Assembly: GCA_021845685.1 (NCBI GenBank)
Contig: JAJZVN010000010.1
Location: 3,096-67,095 of the forward strand
Reading direction: 5' to 3'
DNA from: a bacterium
GTDB taxonomy: Bacteria; SZUA-79; Acidulodesulfobacterales; Acidulodesulfobacteraceae
DNA: 64,000 nt
Below, piece after piece: positions 29,693 to 39,373 of the stretch; the first letter of the stretch is position 1, and every line of letters begins with the position of its first letter. The translations under genes and the position numbers were made by a program. The notes under the pieces are model-generated. The model was not told the DNA's origin and searched no databases. It was given only the letters and a program-made list of their open reading frames with translations.

Positions 29693-31117
29693 ATGAAAAA
29701 ATTTAATAAAGTATTAATAGCTAACAGGGGAGAAATAGCTTCCCGCATTATAAGAGCATGTAAAGAATTAGGTATTAAGACAGTCGCTATTTATTCCGAA
29801 GCAGATTCCCAGGCTTTGCATGTTAAAAAAGCGGATGAAGCGTATCTTGTCGGACCAGGCCCTATTTCAGGATATTTAAATGTTAATAGAATAGTAGATC
29901 TTGCTGTTAATATAGGAGTTGACGCTATACATCCCGGATACGGTTTTTTATCGGAAAATGCTAAATTTCCCGCATATTGCGAAAAAAGAGGTATTGTTTT
30001 TATAGGTCCATCAGCCAAATCTATTTCAATGATGGGCGATAAGATAGAATCAAAAAAACTTATGCGTAAAGCAGGTGTTCCCGTTGTAGAAGGTTCGGAA
30101 GGCGGAGTTATATCTGAAGAAGACGCATTGAGCATTGCACGATTCATAGGTTATCCTGTAATGATAAAAGCTTCTGCAGGCGGCGGCGGCAAAGGGATAA
30201 GGATTTGTTTTAACGACGAGGACATTAAAAAAAATTTTTCGCTGTCTAGATCCGAAGCAGAAAAATCTTTCGGAAATCCTGAAGTTTTTATTGAAAAATA
30301 TATAGACAAGCCTCATCATATAGAATTTCAAATTCTTGCAGATAATTACGGCAATATAATACATCTTGGCGAAAGAGATTGTTCTATTCAAAGAAAACAT
30401 CAAAAATTAATCGAGATTGCTCCGTCTCTTATATTAACCGAAGAATTAAGAAAAAGAATGGGCGAATCCGCTATTGCCGCAGCTAAAGCCTGTGATTATA
30501 GAAATGCAGGAACAATAGAATATATTATGGATAAAAACGGCAACTATTATTTTATGGAAATGAACACGAGAATTCAAGTTGAACATCCTGTTACCGAAAT
30601 GGTTACGGGAGTAGATATAGTCGGCGAACAAATTCAAATTGCAATGGGTAAAGAATTAGATATTAAACAGGAAGATGTAGTGTTAAGAGGCTATGCTATA
30701 GAATGCAGGATTAATGCCGAAAATCCAAGAAAAGATTTTGCTCCCAGTACGGGAAAAATCACTGCGTATTATTCTCCCGGAGGTATCGGCGTAAGGATAG
30801 ACGGGTCGGTATATAAAGACTATGTATTACCGCCTTTTTACGATTCAATGATTGCTAAAATGACTGTATATGGAAGAACATGGGATGAAACGGTAAGAAG
30901 AGCTTCAAGGGCATTGCAGGAATTTGTAATAAAAGGCATACGAACTACTATACCGTTTCAATTAAAAATAATAGAAGACGAAGATTTTATAAAAGGAAAC
31001 TTTGACACTCATTTTATTGAAGAAAGGCAGTACCTGAGAGATTATAAAATACAGAGAGATCCCTCTGACAGAATTATTGCTATCTCAGCCGCTATTGCGG
31101 CATATTATGGAATATAA
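29693..31117 (+). CDS. pycA: biotin carboxylase subunit (pyruvate carboxylase subunit A type)
   Basis: 474 aa. ATP-grasp biotin carboxylase motifs (IANRGEIA, GGGGKGIR, EMNTRIQVEHPVTE). Followed by the carboxyltransferase/BCCP subunit. Confidence 0.85.
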   Translation: MKKFNKVLIANRGEIASRIIRACKELGIKTVAIYSEADSQALHVKKADEAYLVGPGPISGYLNVNRIVDLAVNIGVDAIHPGYGFLSENAKFPAYCEKRGIVFIGPSAKSISMMGDKIESKKLMRKAGVPVVEGSEGGVISEEDALSIARFIGYPVMIKASAGGGGKGIRICFNDEDIKKNFSLSRSEAEKSFGNPEVFIEKYIDKPHHIEFQILADNYGNIIHLGERDCSIQRKHQKLIEIAPSLILTEELRKRMGESAIAAAKACDYRNAGTIEYIMDKNGNYYFMEMNTRIQVEHPVTEMVTGVDIVGEQIQIAMGKELDIKQEDVVLRGYAIECRINAENPRKDFAPSTGKITAYYSPGGIGVRIDGSVYKDYVLPPFYDSMIAKMTVYGRTWDETVRRASRALQEFVIKGIRTTIPFQLKIIEDEDFIKGNFDTHFIEERQYLRDYKIQRDPSDRIIAISAAIAAYYGI

Positions 31118-31201
31118 TATAATATATATATCATTAATAATAAATAATATAAAATTATAAATAAATGTGATCAATAATTTAATAAAAATAGCAGGCATAA
31201 T

Positions 31202-33106
31202 ATGAGCGAAACAAAAGAAAATTACATCAGAAAAGTTGATTTTATGGAGGTTGCCTTAAGAGATGCGCATCAGTCATTGTTAGCTACAAGAATGACTACT
31301 CCTGATATTCTGGGAATAGCCCATGTTCTTGATACTATAGGTTTCTGGTCGTTAGAAGTTTGGGGAGGAGCAACTTTTGATTCATGTTTGAGATTTTTAA
31401 AAGAAGACCCATGGGAAAGACTTAAAAAATTACGCAAATCCTACAAACACTCCCGTCTTCAAATGCTTTTAAGAGGGCAGAATTTAGTGGGATACCGTCA
31501 TTACGCCGACGATGTCGTAGAAAAATTTATTGATTTAAGCGTTAACAACGGGATAGATGTATTTAGGATATTTGATTCGCTGAATGATTTTAGAAACATC
31601 AGAAAATCGGTAGAAGCCGTAAAAAAAAGAAAAAAAATAGCGGAAGCAACTATATGCTATACGACAAGCCCTGTCCATACAAATGAATTATTTACTAAAA
31701 TGGCATTAGAACTTGCAGAAATGGGAGCCGATACAATAGCTATTAAAGATATGGCGGGTCTGCTTTCACCAATAAAGGCGTATGAGCTTGTGTCTATGAT
31801 TAAAAAAGTCGTAAATTTGCCTATCCATGTTCATTCGCATTCAACAAGCGGTTTTGCTCCTATGTCATTGTTAAAAGCCGTTGAAGGCGGAGCAGATATT
31901 ATAGATACCGCAATATCGTCAATGTGCTGCGGAACATCGCATCCGCCCACGGAATCTATGGTATTTACTCTCTCAGAAATGGGTTATGATGTGGACCTTG
32001 ATCTTGAAAAACTCAAAGAAGTTGCGGATTATTTTAAAATAGTAAGAAAAAAATATAAAGCTTTTGAGAGCGAATATACAAATATTAACACTGATGTGCT
32101 TGTGACGCAAGTGCCTGGCGGAATGATGTCAAACCTTGCAAACCAGCTCAAAGAACAAAATGCGCTTGATAAAATGGATGAAGTTTTATACGAAGTTCCT
32201 CAGGTTCGTGAAGATTTAGGGTTTCCCCCGTTAGTAACTCCTACTTCGCAGATTATTGGAACTCAGGCGGCTCTTAATGTAATAACGGGAGAAAAATATA
32301 AAGTCATAACCAGCGAGACAAAAAATTACCTCAAGGGTTATTACGGCAAAGCGCCTGCCGCAATAAACGAAGATGTTAGAAAAAGGGCTCTCGGCGATGA
32401 AGAATTTATAACGGTAAGACCTGCCGATCTTCTTGCGCCTGAATTAAGTCAGAATATAGATAAAATTAAAGAATTTATAACCGGCGATGAAGATATTATG
32501 AGCTATATATTATTTCCCCAGATTTCTATTGAATTTTTTAAAGACAGAAAAGACGGAAAATTGCCGGATTATACCGCTAAAAGCGGTGAAGGAGAATATT
32601 CGTCTGATATGTCAAACGGATTAGTTCTGTCCAATGAATTTGCGGAAGCCGAAGAATTTAGAGAAGGTGATCTTGTGCCTAGTGAATTTATCGTTACGGT
32701 TCACGGTGAAAACTATAAAATAAAAATAGCAGGGGTAGGACATAAAGCAGATCAGAAAAGACCATTCTTTTTAAATGTAGACGGTACAATGGAAGAAGTA
32801 ACTATTGAATCGCTTACGGAAGTAGTTCCAAGTTACGGAGGCGAAATAGTGGGCGAAAATATTGCAAGATCTAAACGTCCTTCGCCAAAAAGAGAAGGGG
32901 ACGTATATGCGCCGATGCCGGGAAGAATTACTAAATTATTGGTAAAAAAAGGAGATTTAGTAAATGCAGGCGATACTGTTTTAATAGTAGAAGCTATGAA
33001 AATGGAAAATGAAATTCACACGCCTATTGACGGTATCATAAAAGAAATATATGTTAAAGAAGGCGATATGGCAAATCCTGACGAAACGCTTGTGTATGTC
33101 GAATAA
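31202..33106 (+). CDS. pycB: pyruvate carboxylase subunit B / oxaloacetate decarboxylase alpha-like (carboxyltransferase + biotinyl domain)
   Basis: 634 aa. ALRDAHQSL, HxHxH-type HVHSHSTSG, and a C-terminal EAMKMENEI biotinylation motif. Confidence 0.85.
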   Translation: MSETKENYIRKVDFMEVALRDAHQSLLATRMTTPDILGIAHVLDTIGFWSLEVWGGATFDSCLRFLKEDPWERLKKLRKSYKHSRLQMLLRGQNLVGYRHYADDVVEKFIDLSVNNGIDVFRIFDSLNDFRNIRKSVEAVKKRKKIAEATICYTTSPVHTNELFTKMALELAEMGADTIAIKDMAGLLSPIKAYELVSMIKKVVNLPIHVHSHSTSGFAPMSLLKAVEGGADIIDTAISSMCCGTSHPPTESMVFTLSEMGYDVDLDLEKLKEVADYFKIVRKKYKAFESEYTNINTDVLVTQVPGGMMSNLANQLKEQNALDKMDEVLYEVPQVREDLGFPPLVTPTSQIIGTQAALNVITGEKYKVITSETKNYLKGYYGKAPAAINEDVRKRALGDEEFITVRPADLLAPELSQNIDKIKEFITGDEDIMSYILFPQISIEFFKDRKDGKLPDYTAKSGEGEYSSDMSNGLVLSNEFAEAEEFREGDLVPSEFIVTVHGENYKIKIAGVGHKADQKRPFFLNVDGTMEEVTIESLTEVVPSYGGEIVGENIARSKRPSPKREGDVYAPMPGRITKLLVKKGDLVNAGDTVLIVEAMKMENEIHTPIDGIIKEIYVKEGDMANPDETLVYVE

Positions 33107-33251
33107 TTAATTATTTATTATTTTATTGTATTGTTTTTTATTTGATTAAAAAAGGTAATTATAAAAATAAAAGAAATAAAATTATAATTATATTTTAATA
33201 ATATTGTATATTTATATAATCAATCATTTTAAAATTATGAAGGTGATTTAA

Positions 33252-34067
33252 TTGACACGTAATCCTGCAGTTGCAGGTTCTTTTTATCCTGCGGATATAA
33301 ATCAGATAAATGCGCTTATAAAATCATTTAATGTGACCCCCTCTGATGATAAAATTAATGCTTTTGGAATAATTTCTCCGCATGCAGGATATGTTTATTC
33401 AGGGAAAACTGCTTTAATGGGGTATTCATCTATTGACGTAAAAAAGAATATAATAATTATGGGTCCTAACCATACAGGGTTAGGTTTAGATTTTTCTGTT
33501 ATGAACAAAGGAAGCTATAATTTTGGCGCATTTAATGTACCCGTTAATTCTATTCTTGCAGATGAAATCATTAATCAAAAAGACAGCCCGTTCCAATCTG
33601 ACTATAAGGCTCAGTTAAAAGAGCATTCAATCGAAGTTCAAATACCATTGCTGCATTATTTTAGATCTGATTTTTCAATAGTTCCTATAGTTATTTCATA
33701 TATAAGATATGACGATGTAATAAAGTCCGCCAGAGCTATTTTTAACGCTCTTATAAAATTAGACTTGATAGATGATGTTTTAATTGTCGCAAGTTCCGAT
33801 ATGACACATTATGAAAGCGCCGAAGAGGCAAAGATAAAAGACTTGATAGCTATAAACGAAATTTTTAGGTTTGACCCAGAAGGGCTTTACAATAAAGTTA
33901 TTAGCAATAAAATTTCTATGTGCGGATTTATTCCTGCCTCAATTATGCTGTTAGTCGCAAAAATGGCGGGGAAAACCAATGTGAAATTAATTAATTACAC
34001 AAATTCTGGAGAGGCTTCAGGAGATTATTCAAGCGTTGTAGGGTATTCCTCAATTGTTGTATATTAG
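33252..34067 (+). CDS. MEMO1-family protein (AmmeMemoRadiSam system protein B)
   Basis: 271 aa, TTG start. NPAVAGSFYP, SPHAGYVYSG, and SSDMTHY motifs. Confidence 0.75.
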   Translation: MTRNPAVAGSFYPADINQINALIKSFNVTPSDDKINAFGIISPHAGYVYSGKTALMGYSSIDVKKNIIIMGPNHTGLGLDFSVMNKGSYNFGAFNVPVNSILADEIINQKDSPFQSDYKAQLKEHSIEVQIPLLHYFRSDFSIVPIVISYIRYDDVIKSARAIFNALIKLDLIDDVLIVASSDMTHYESAEEAKIKDLIAINEIFRFDPEGLYNKVISNKISMCGFIPASIMLLVAKMAGKTNVKLINYTNSGEASGDYSSVVGYSSIVVY

Positions 34068-34112
34068 TATAGTATAACATCATAGTATATAAATTTATAT
34101 AGCTTAAATAAT

Positions 34113-35708
34113 ATGGTAAAAACAAGATTTGCACCGAGTCCCACAGGATATCTTCATATCGGAGGAGCTAGAACGGCGCTATTTAATTATATTTATGCCA
34201 AACATTACGCTGGAAAATTTATTTTAAGAATTGAAGATACCGATTATGAAAGATCTTTAAAAAAATATGAAGAAGACATAATTAAAAGCTTAGAATGGCT
34301 TGGATTAGTTTCTGATGAACCTGCCTCATATCAATCCTCTAGATTAGACATATATAAAGAATATTGCCAAAAACTTTTAGACGAAGGCAAAGCTTATAAT
34401 TGTTATTGCAGCGTTGAATTGTTGGAAGAAGATAAAAATAAGCTTGTAGCCGAAAGTAAAAAACCGATGTACTCAGGAAGATGCCGCAATTTGCCGCCTG
34501 ATAAACAAAATAACGCTTTACCGCATGTAGTCAGATTTAAAACACATAGAGAAGACGGTCATTTAACAAAATTTAAAGATTTGACGAGAGATCAATTTGT
34601 TTCCGTAAACAATAACGAGATTGACGATTTTGTAATTATGCGGACAGACGGAATCCCTACTTATAACTTTGCCGTCGTTATAGATGACGCTCTTATGGGT
34701 ATCACTCATATTATAAGAGGAGACGACCATTTGAGCAATACGCCTAAGCAGGTGCTTCTCTATGAAGCTCTTGGTTTTAAACCGCCTGAATTTGCTCATG
34801 TTTCAATGATTCTAGGAAATGACGGAAAGAGATTATCTAAAAGACACGGCGCAACGGCGGTTATGCAATATAAAAACGACGGTTTTTTACCTGAAGCTCT
34901 GATAAATTATCTTGTAAGACTCGGCTGGTCTCACGGAAATGATGAGATTTTATCTATTGCAGATATGATTAAGTATTTTGATTTAAAACATATAAGCAAA
35001 TCGGCCGCCGTGTTTAATAAAGAAAAATTATTATGGCTTAATGCTCATTATATAAAACAGAAAACTGCAAAAGAATTAGTAGATATGATTAATGATATAG
35101 ATATAGATAATAAAAAAGATAAAAAAATAGCTTATAGTGAAAATACTTCAATTTTAATAGACGCTTTAAAACCGAGAGTAAAAACCTTAATTGAAATAAA
35201 AGAAAAAATGGGATTTTATTTAAATGACGGCAATATTATTTATGATAAGAACCTGCTTAGCGAAATAGATAAATTTAAATTAAATGAGTTTGATAATTCT
35301 GAGCACGGAGAAAAATTAAGTAAATTTAAATTAAACGAACACGATAATTCTGATAATAATAGCGGCTATGCCGTTAAGCATAACGATATTCAAGATAATA
35401 GCTTTAATTCTTTAAACAATGCTATATTTTTTTTAAATACATTAATAAATTTTATTGAAAATTTAAACTTGGACAGCCAGAGCTTCAATGGAGCAGGATA
35501 TATAAATTACATAAAAGAATCTTTCAATGAATTTTTTTTAAAAAATAAATGGTCGCTCAAAGAAAAGGCTATGATTATTAGAATAGCACTGACGGGAGAA
35601 AAAATAAGCCCTGGTATTTACGAAGTTATTTTTGCGTTGGGCAAGAAAAGAACATTGCAAAGAATATATAATTTTATTGAATTTTTAAAGACTAATTATA
35701 ATCAATAG
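34113..35708 (+). CDS. gltX: glutamate--tRNA ligase (with low-complexity insertion)
   Basis: 531 aa. RFAPSPTGYLHIGGART (HIGH) and RLSKRHG (KMSKS-like). An Asn/Asp-rich repeat insertion (KFKLNEFDNSEHGEKLSKFKLNEHDNSDNN) lies in the C-terminal half. Confidence 0.9.
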   Translation: MVKTRFAPSPTGYLHIGGARTALFNYIYAKHYAGKFILRIEDTDYERSLKKYEEDIIKSLEWLGLVSDEPASYQSSRLDIYKEYCQKLLDEGKAYNCYCSVELLEEDKNKLVAESKKPMYSGRCRNLPPDKQNNALPHVVRFKTHREDGHLTKFKDLTRDQFVSVNNNEIDDFVIMRTDGIPTYNFAVVIDDALMGITHIIRGDDHLSNTPKQVLLYEALGFKPPEFAHVSMILGNDGKRLSKRHGATAVMQYKNDGFLPEALINYLVRLGWSHGNDEILSIADMIKYFDLKHISKSAAVFNKEKLLWLNAHYIKQKTAKELVDMINDIDIDNKKDKKIAYSENTSILIDALKPRVKTLIEIKEKMGFYLNDGNIIYDKNLLSEIDKFKLNEFDNSEHGEKLSKFKLNEHDNSDNNSGYAVKHNDIQDNSFNSLNNAIFFLNTLINFIENLNLDSQSFNGAGYINYIKESFNEFFLKNKWSLKEKAMIIRIALTGEKISPGIYEVIFALGKKRTLQRIYNFIEFLKTNYNQ

Positions 35709-35729
35709 CGGCTCTGTTTTCTTTATGGT

Positions 35730-36299
35730 ATGAAAATTATTTGCGGAATTGATGAGGTCGGCAGAGGCTGTTTGGCAGGTCCGGTAATATCGGCTGCAAT
35801 AATTATTGATAAAAATTTAATTCCCTACGGTATTAAAGATTCTAAGTTATTAACTCCTGAAAAAAGAGAATATTTTTTTGATTATTTAATAGAAAACGCA
35901 ATTTCTATTTCAATCGGGGCTGCGTCTAATGTTGAAATTGACGAGATTAATATATTAAATGCCACTATGCTTTCTATGGAAAGAGCATTTAATAATCTAA
36001 CCGTTAAACCAGATATAGTTATTATAGACGGTCAATATATTCCTAGGCAGATGAAAAATTTAGATAAGATTAAAGTATTGCCTGTTATAAAAGCAGATAT
36101 AAAAGTAAAATCAGTATCTTGCGCTTCTATAATAGCAAAGGTTACTAGAGATAAAATTATGAGAGAATATTACGATAAAAAATATTATGGATACGGATTT
36201 AAAAATCATAAAGGATATGCAACAAAAGAACATATAGACAATATTTTAAAATTAGGATTAACGGATATACATAGAAAAACTTTTAAATTTTCCTGTTAA
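35730..36299 (+). CDS. rnhB: ribonuclease HII
   Basis: 189 aa. GIDEVGRGCLAGPV and DSKLLTPEKRE motifs. Confidence 0.85.
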   Translation: MKIICGIDEVGRGCLAGPVISAAIIIDKNLIPYGIKDSKLLTPEKREYFFDYLIENAISISIGAASNVEIDEINILNATMLSMERAFNNLTVKPDIVIIDGQYIPRQMKNLDKIKVLPVIKADIKVKSVSCASIIAKVTRDKIMREYYDKKYYGYGFKNHKGYATKEHIDNILKLGLTDIHRKTFKFSC

Positions 36300-36331
36300 A
36301 TAAATAAACTTTTAAAATTATCTATTTATAC

Positions 36332-36495
36332 CTTAAATCACCGTTAGAAATTTCTTTTTCTGGATTCCTGCTTACGCAGGAATGACTTTAAGAGAATTTA
36401 AATTTTAACCCAACGGGTGTCATTCCCGCGAAAGCGGGAATCCAGTATTTATTATATGTTGAAATAATTTTCATAGTTTCTAACGGTGATTTAAG
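36332..36495. mobile_element. MITE family 1, copy c (inverted relative to copy a)
   Basis: cttaaatcaccgttagaaat ... gtttctaacggtgatttaag. Core ctggattcctgcttacgcaggaatgac ... gtcattcccgcgaaagcgggaatccag. Confidence 0.75.
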
Positions 36496-36654
36496 ATTAT
36501 ATTGTAATAATATTATAATACAAATAGATTCTTGTCAAAGCGTGTTGAAACACACAAAGTTTATAATTTAAAAATAAATATATTTGCATTATAATATTAA
36601 TATATATAAAATACATAAAAGAAATAAAAATAATAAAGAAATAAAATAAAAAAT

Positions 36655-37026
36655 ATGAAGTCGACATCTTTAAACAGAAAAAAAGGAGAAGCAGGAGAAA
36701 AAATAGCCAAAGAATTTTTAGAAAAATTAGGCTATAAAATTATAGCGGCTAATTTTAGAAAAAAATGCGGAGAAATTGATATTATAGCAGATAAAGACAA
36801 AAATAATATATATTTTATAGAAGTAAAATCAAGATTCCAAGATAATTTTGGGACGCCGTTAGAAGCTGTTGGCAGAAAAAAGATAGATAAAATTGCAAAA
36901 GTATCGGAATTATTTTTGCTTGAATATGCAAAAAAACCAAAATCAATAAACTATGGAATAATATCAATAGAATTTCTATCTAACAGTTCAATCAAACTTA
37001 TATTCTTTGAAAATGGATTTGATTAA
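36655..37026 (+). CDS. YraN-family (UPF0102) endonuclease-like protein
   Basis: 123 aa. GE..A..FL...GY.I...NFR...GEIDIIA......FIEVK pattern. Confidence 0.7.
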   Translation: MKSTSLNRKKGEAGEKIAKEFLEKLGYKIIAANFRKKCGEIDIIADKDKNNIYFIEVKSRFQDNFGTPLEAVGRKKIDKIAKVSELFLLEYAKKPKSINYGIISIEFLSNSSIKLIFFENGFD

Positions 37027-37939
37027 ATTATCTTTAGCGCAAATCGCTCCAGAACCAGGATTATTAGATTATAATCTTGAGAAACATCTAAAATATATAG
37101 ATGAGGCAAAGCAGGCGGGAAGTAAACTTATAATATTTCCGGAATTGTCTTTAACCGGATATTTTTTAAAAGATGCCGTTTATGATGTGGCCATTAATAT
37201 AAAAAATAGTTGTAAAAATAAAGAAAACAGCAAAAATATCGAAAATACCGGATTAAATTTTAAAACATTCAATAATTATAATTATATAATAGACAGTCTT
37301 TTAGATAAAAGTGAAGAAATTGTAATTATTGCAGGATTTGTTGAATCGGATGAAGATTATAATTTTTACAATAGCACTTTTTGTTTATCGGGAGGCAATA
37401 TTTTACATGTTCATAGAAAAGTTTATCTTCCGACATACGGAATGTTTGAAGAGATGCGGTATTTCAAACAAGGTAAAGAATTTGGAGTGTTTAATATTCT
37501 GGGAGTTAACTCCACAATATTAACATGCGAAGATGCCTGGCATTTGTCTTCTTCATATATTGCAGTTAACAAGGGAGCTAAACTGATTATAATCAATTCT
37601 GCCTCTCCTGCCAGAGGAATTGAAGAAGGAAATGATAAATTCAGCTCGGTTAAGATGTGGGAAGAGCTTCTTTCCGTTATAGCTTTTTATTATAAAAGCT
37701 ATGTCATATATGTAAATAGAGTAGGTTTTGAAGACGGCATAGGTTTTTCCGGAGGCTCATGCGTATTTTCTCCGGACGGGAAAAAAGACTATTCTCTTGA
37801 GTATCTTGACGAAGGATTGCTGAATATTGAAATAAATCTTGATTTCTTAAAAAATGAAAGATTTAAAACTCCTATACTGAGAGACGAAAATTTAGATATA
37901 ACATTAAAAGAAATTAAAAGTATAATAGATTATCGGTAA
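37007..37939 (+). CDS. carbon-nitrogen hydrolase (nitrilase superfamily), likely glutaminase partner of NadE
   Basis: 310 aa. FPELSLTGY (catalytic Glu), HRKVYLP (Lys), and CEDAWH (Cys). Sits immediately upstream of a stand-alone NAD synthetase. Confidence 0.7.
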   Translation: MKMDLIKLSLAQIAPEPGLLDYNLEKHLKYIDEAKQAGSKLIIFPELSLTGYFLKDAVYDVAINIKNSCKNKENSKNIENTGLNFKTFNNYNYIIDSLLDKSEEIVIIAGFVESDEDYNFYNSTFCLSGGNILHVHRKVYLPTYGMFEEMRYFKQGKEFGVFNILGVNSTILTCEDAWHLSSSYIAVNKGAKLIIINSASPARGIEEGNDKFSSVKMWEELLSVIAFYYKSYVIYVNRVGFEDGIGFSGGSCVFSPDGKKDYSLEYLDEGLLNIEINLDFLKNERFKTPILRDENLDITLKEIKSIIDYR

Positions 37940-38199
37940 ATTAAATACAGATAAATTAATTAAGTAATAAATAATTTATAAATAATAATTTATAAATATT
38001 TTTTTTGCTAAAATTGATTCACTTTTTTAATAAAAATTAATAATAAACATAAGCAGACAATATAATAAAAAGCTGAACAGTAAAATCAATATATATGTTA
38101 TCATCGCGGTGATGAGAATTCATATAAAATTTCCATCGGCAATTTTTAGATATAAATATAAAATATATATAATAAATATATTATAAAAAATAAATATCA

Positions 38200-39117
38200 A
38201 TGATTAGTCAGCATTTACCTGTGATAGATTCAATTAATTTTAAAAATATTCACAAACTTCTTATAAATTTTATTAAAGAAGAAGTTAAAAGAACAGGAGT
38301 AAATAAAATTGTATTAGGATTATCAGGAGGAATAGATTCCGCAGTTTCATGCTATCTTGCGGTTTCGGCGTTAGGCAGTGATAATGTTGCCGCTATTTTA
38401 ATGCCTTACAAAGCAAGTTCTTCAAAAAGTCTTGAAGACGCAATGCTTGTCGTAAAAAATTTAAATATAAATCATTATATCATTGATATTACCGCCCAGA
38501 TTGATGTTTATTTTGATAAGATAGGCAGCAATAAGTCATATTATAATAATAATTCTGAATACAATAAGTCTAACTTTAATTTTGAAGATAAATCTAAAGA
38601 AAGTAATTATGAATTAAAACTGAGAATGGGAAATAAAATGGCAAGAGAAAGAATGTCTATTTTATATGACCGTTCCCATATTTTAAATTCTTTGGTTTTA
38701 GGCACAAGCAATAAATCCGAACTTTTATTAGGCTATGGAACAATATACGGCGATATGGCCTCAGCTTTAAATCCTATAGGAGATATTTATAAAACGCAAA
38801 TATATCAGCTTGCAAAACATCTCGGTGTCCCCGAAAGCTTAATAAATAAAGCCCCGTCTGCAGACTTATGGCAAGATCAGTCTGACGAGAAAGAACTTGG
38901 ATTTACTTATAAATTAGCCGATGAAATTATGTTTCTTTTAGTAGATAAAATGTATAAACCTGAAGTTGTTATATCTATGGGTTATGATGAAGATATTGTT
39001 CATAAAGTTTATAATAAAATAAAAAAGTCTCAGTTTAAAAGAAGGCAGCCTTTAATTGCAAAAGTTTCTCAAAGGACGATAAACATAGATTTCAGATATT
39101 TAAGAGACTGGATTTAA
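38200..39117 (+). CDS. nadE: NAD+ synthetase (synthetase domain only)
   Basis: 305 aa with the LGLSGGIDSAV PP-loop. An Asn-rich insertion lies at about residues 110-135. Confidence 0.85.
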   Translation: MISQHLPVIDSINFKNIHKLLINFIKEEVKRTGVNKIVLGLSGGIDSAVSCYLAVSALGSDNVAAILMPYKASSSKSLEDAMLVVKNLNINHYIIDITAQIDVYFDKIGSNKSYYNNNSEYNKSNFNFEDKSKESNYELKLRMGNKMARERMSILYDRSHILNSLVLGTSNKSELLLGYGTIYGDMASALNPIGDIYKTQIYQLAKHLGVPESLINKAPSADLWQDQSDEKELGFTYKLADEIMFLLVDKMYKPEVVISMGYDEDIVHKVYNKIKKSQFKRRQPLIAKVSQRTINIDFRYLRDWI

Positions 39118-39156
39118 TCATTTAAACTTTTACTATATTAATATTAATATTAATGA

Positions 39157-39330
39157 CTGTATAGTACGCTCCTACGGATGGGCGAGCAAATACGACTATC
39201 CTGAAAAGTAGTCAACTCTTCCTTCATTGTTAATGAGGAGGCGGTCGAAGAAAGCTGACAGAGTAGCAGGAGAGAGGAAGCGCAGGCAAGGTCTTGAGAT
39301 GTATTTAGACATTCCGCGGCCGTTTAGCTA
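39157..39330. other. GC-rich intergenic island B (unassigned; possible structured RNA or repeat relic)
   Basis: About 175 bp at roughly 50% GC between nadE and rsmI, with stops in all frames. Local hairpins include gacta/tagtc (39194-39213) and ccttcat/atgagg (39221-39238). It shares agcaggag(ag)aggaagcgc and cttgagat with island C. Confidence 0.2.
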
Positions 39331-39373
39331 TATTATTAAGTAATCATTCACTATTATATCATCATAATGCATA

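Noticed and set aside
39255-39295. SRP (4.5S) RNA domain IV resemblance: AGGAGAGAGGAAGCGCAGGCAAGG versus GGUCCGGAAGGAAGCAGCCAAGG.
   Set aside because: The bases flanking the putative GNRA tetraloop are not complementary. No long closing hairpin can be drawn.
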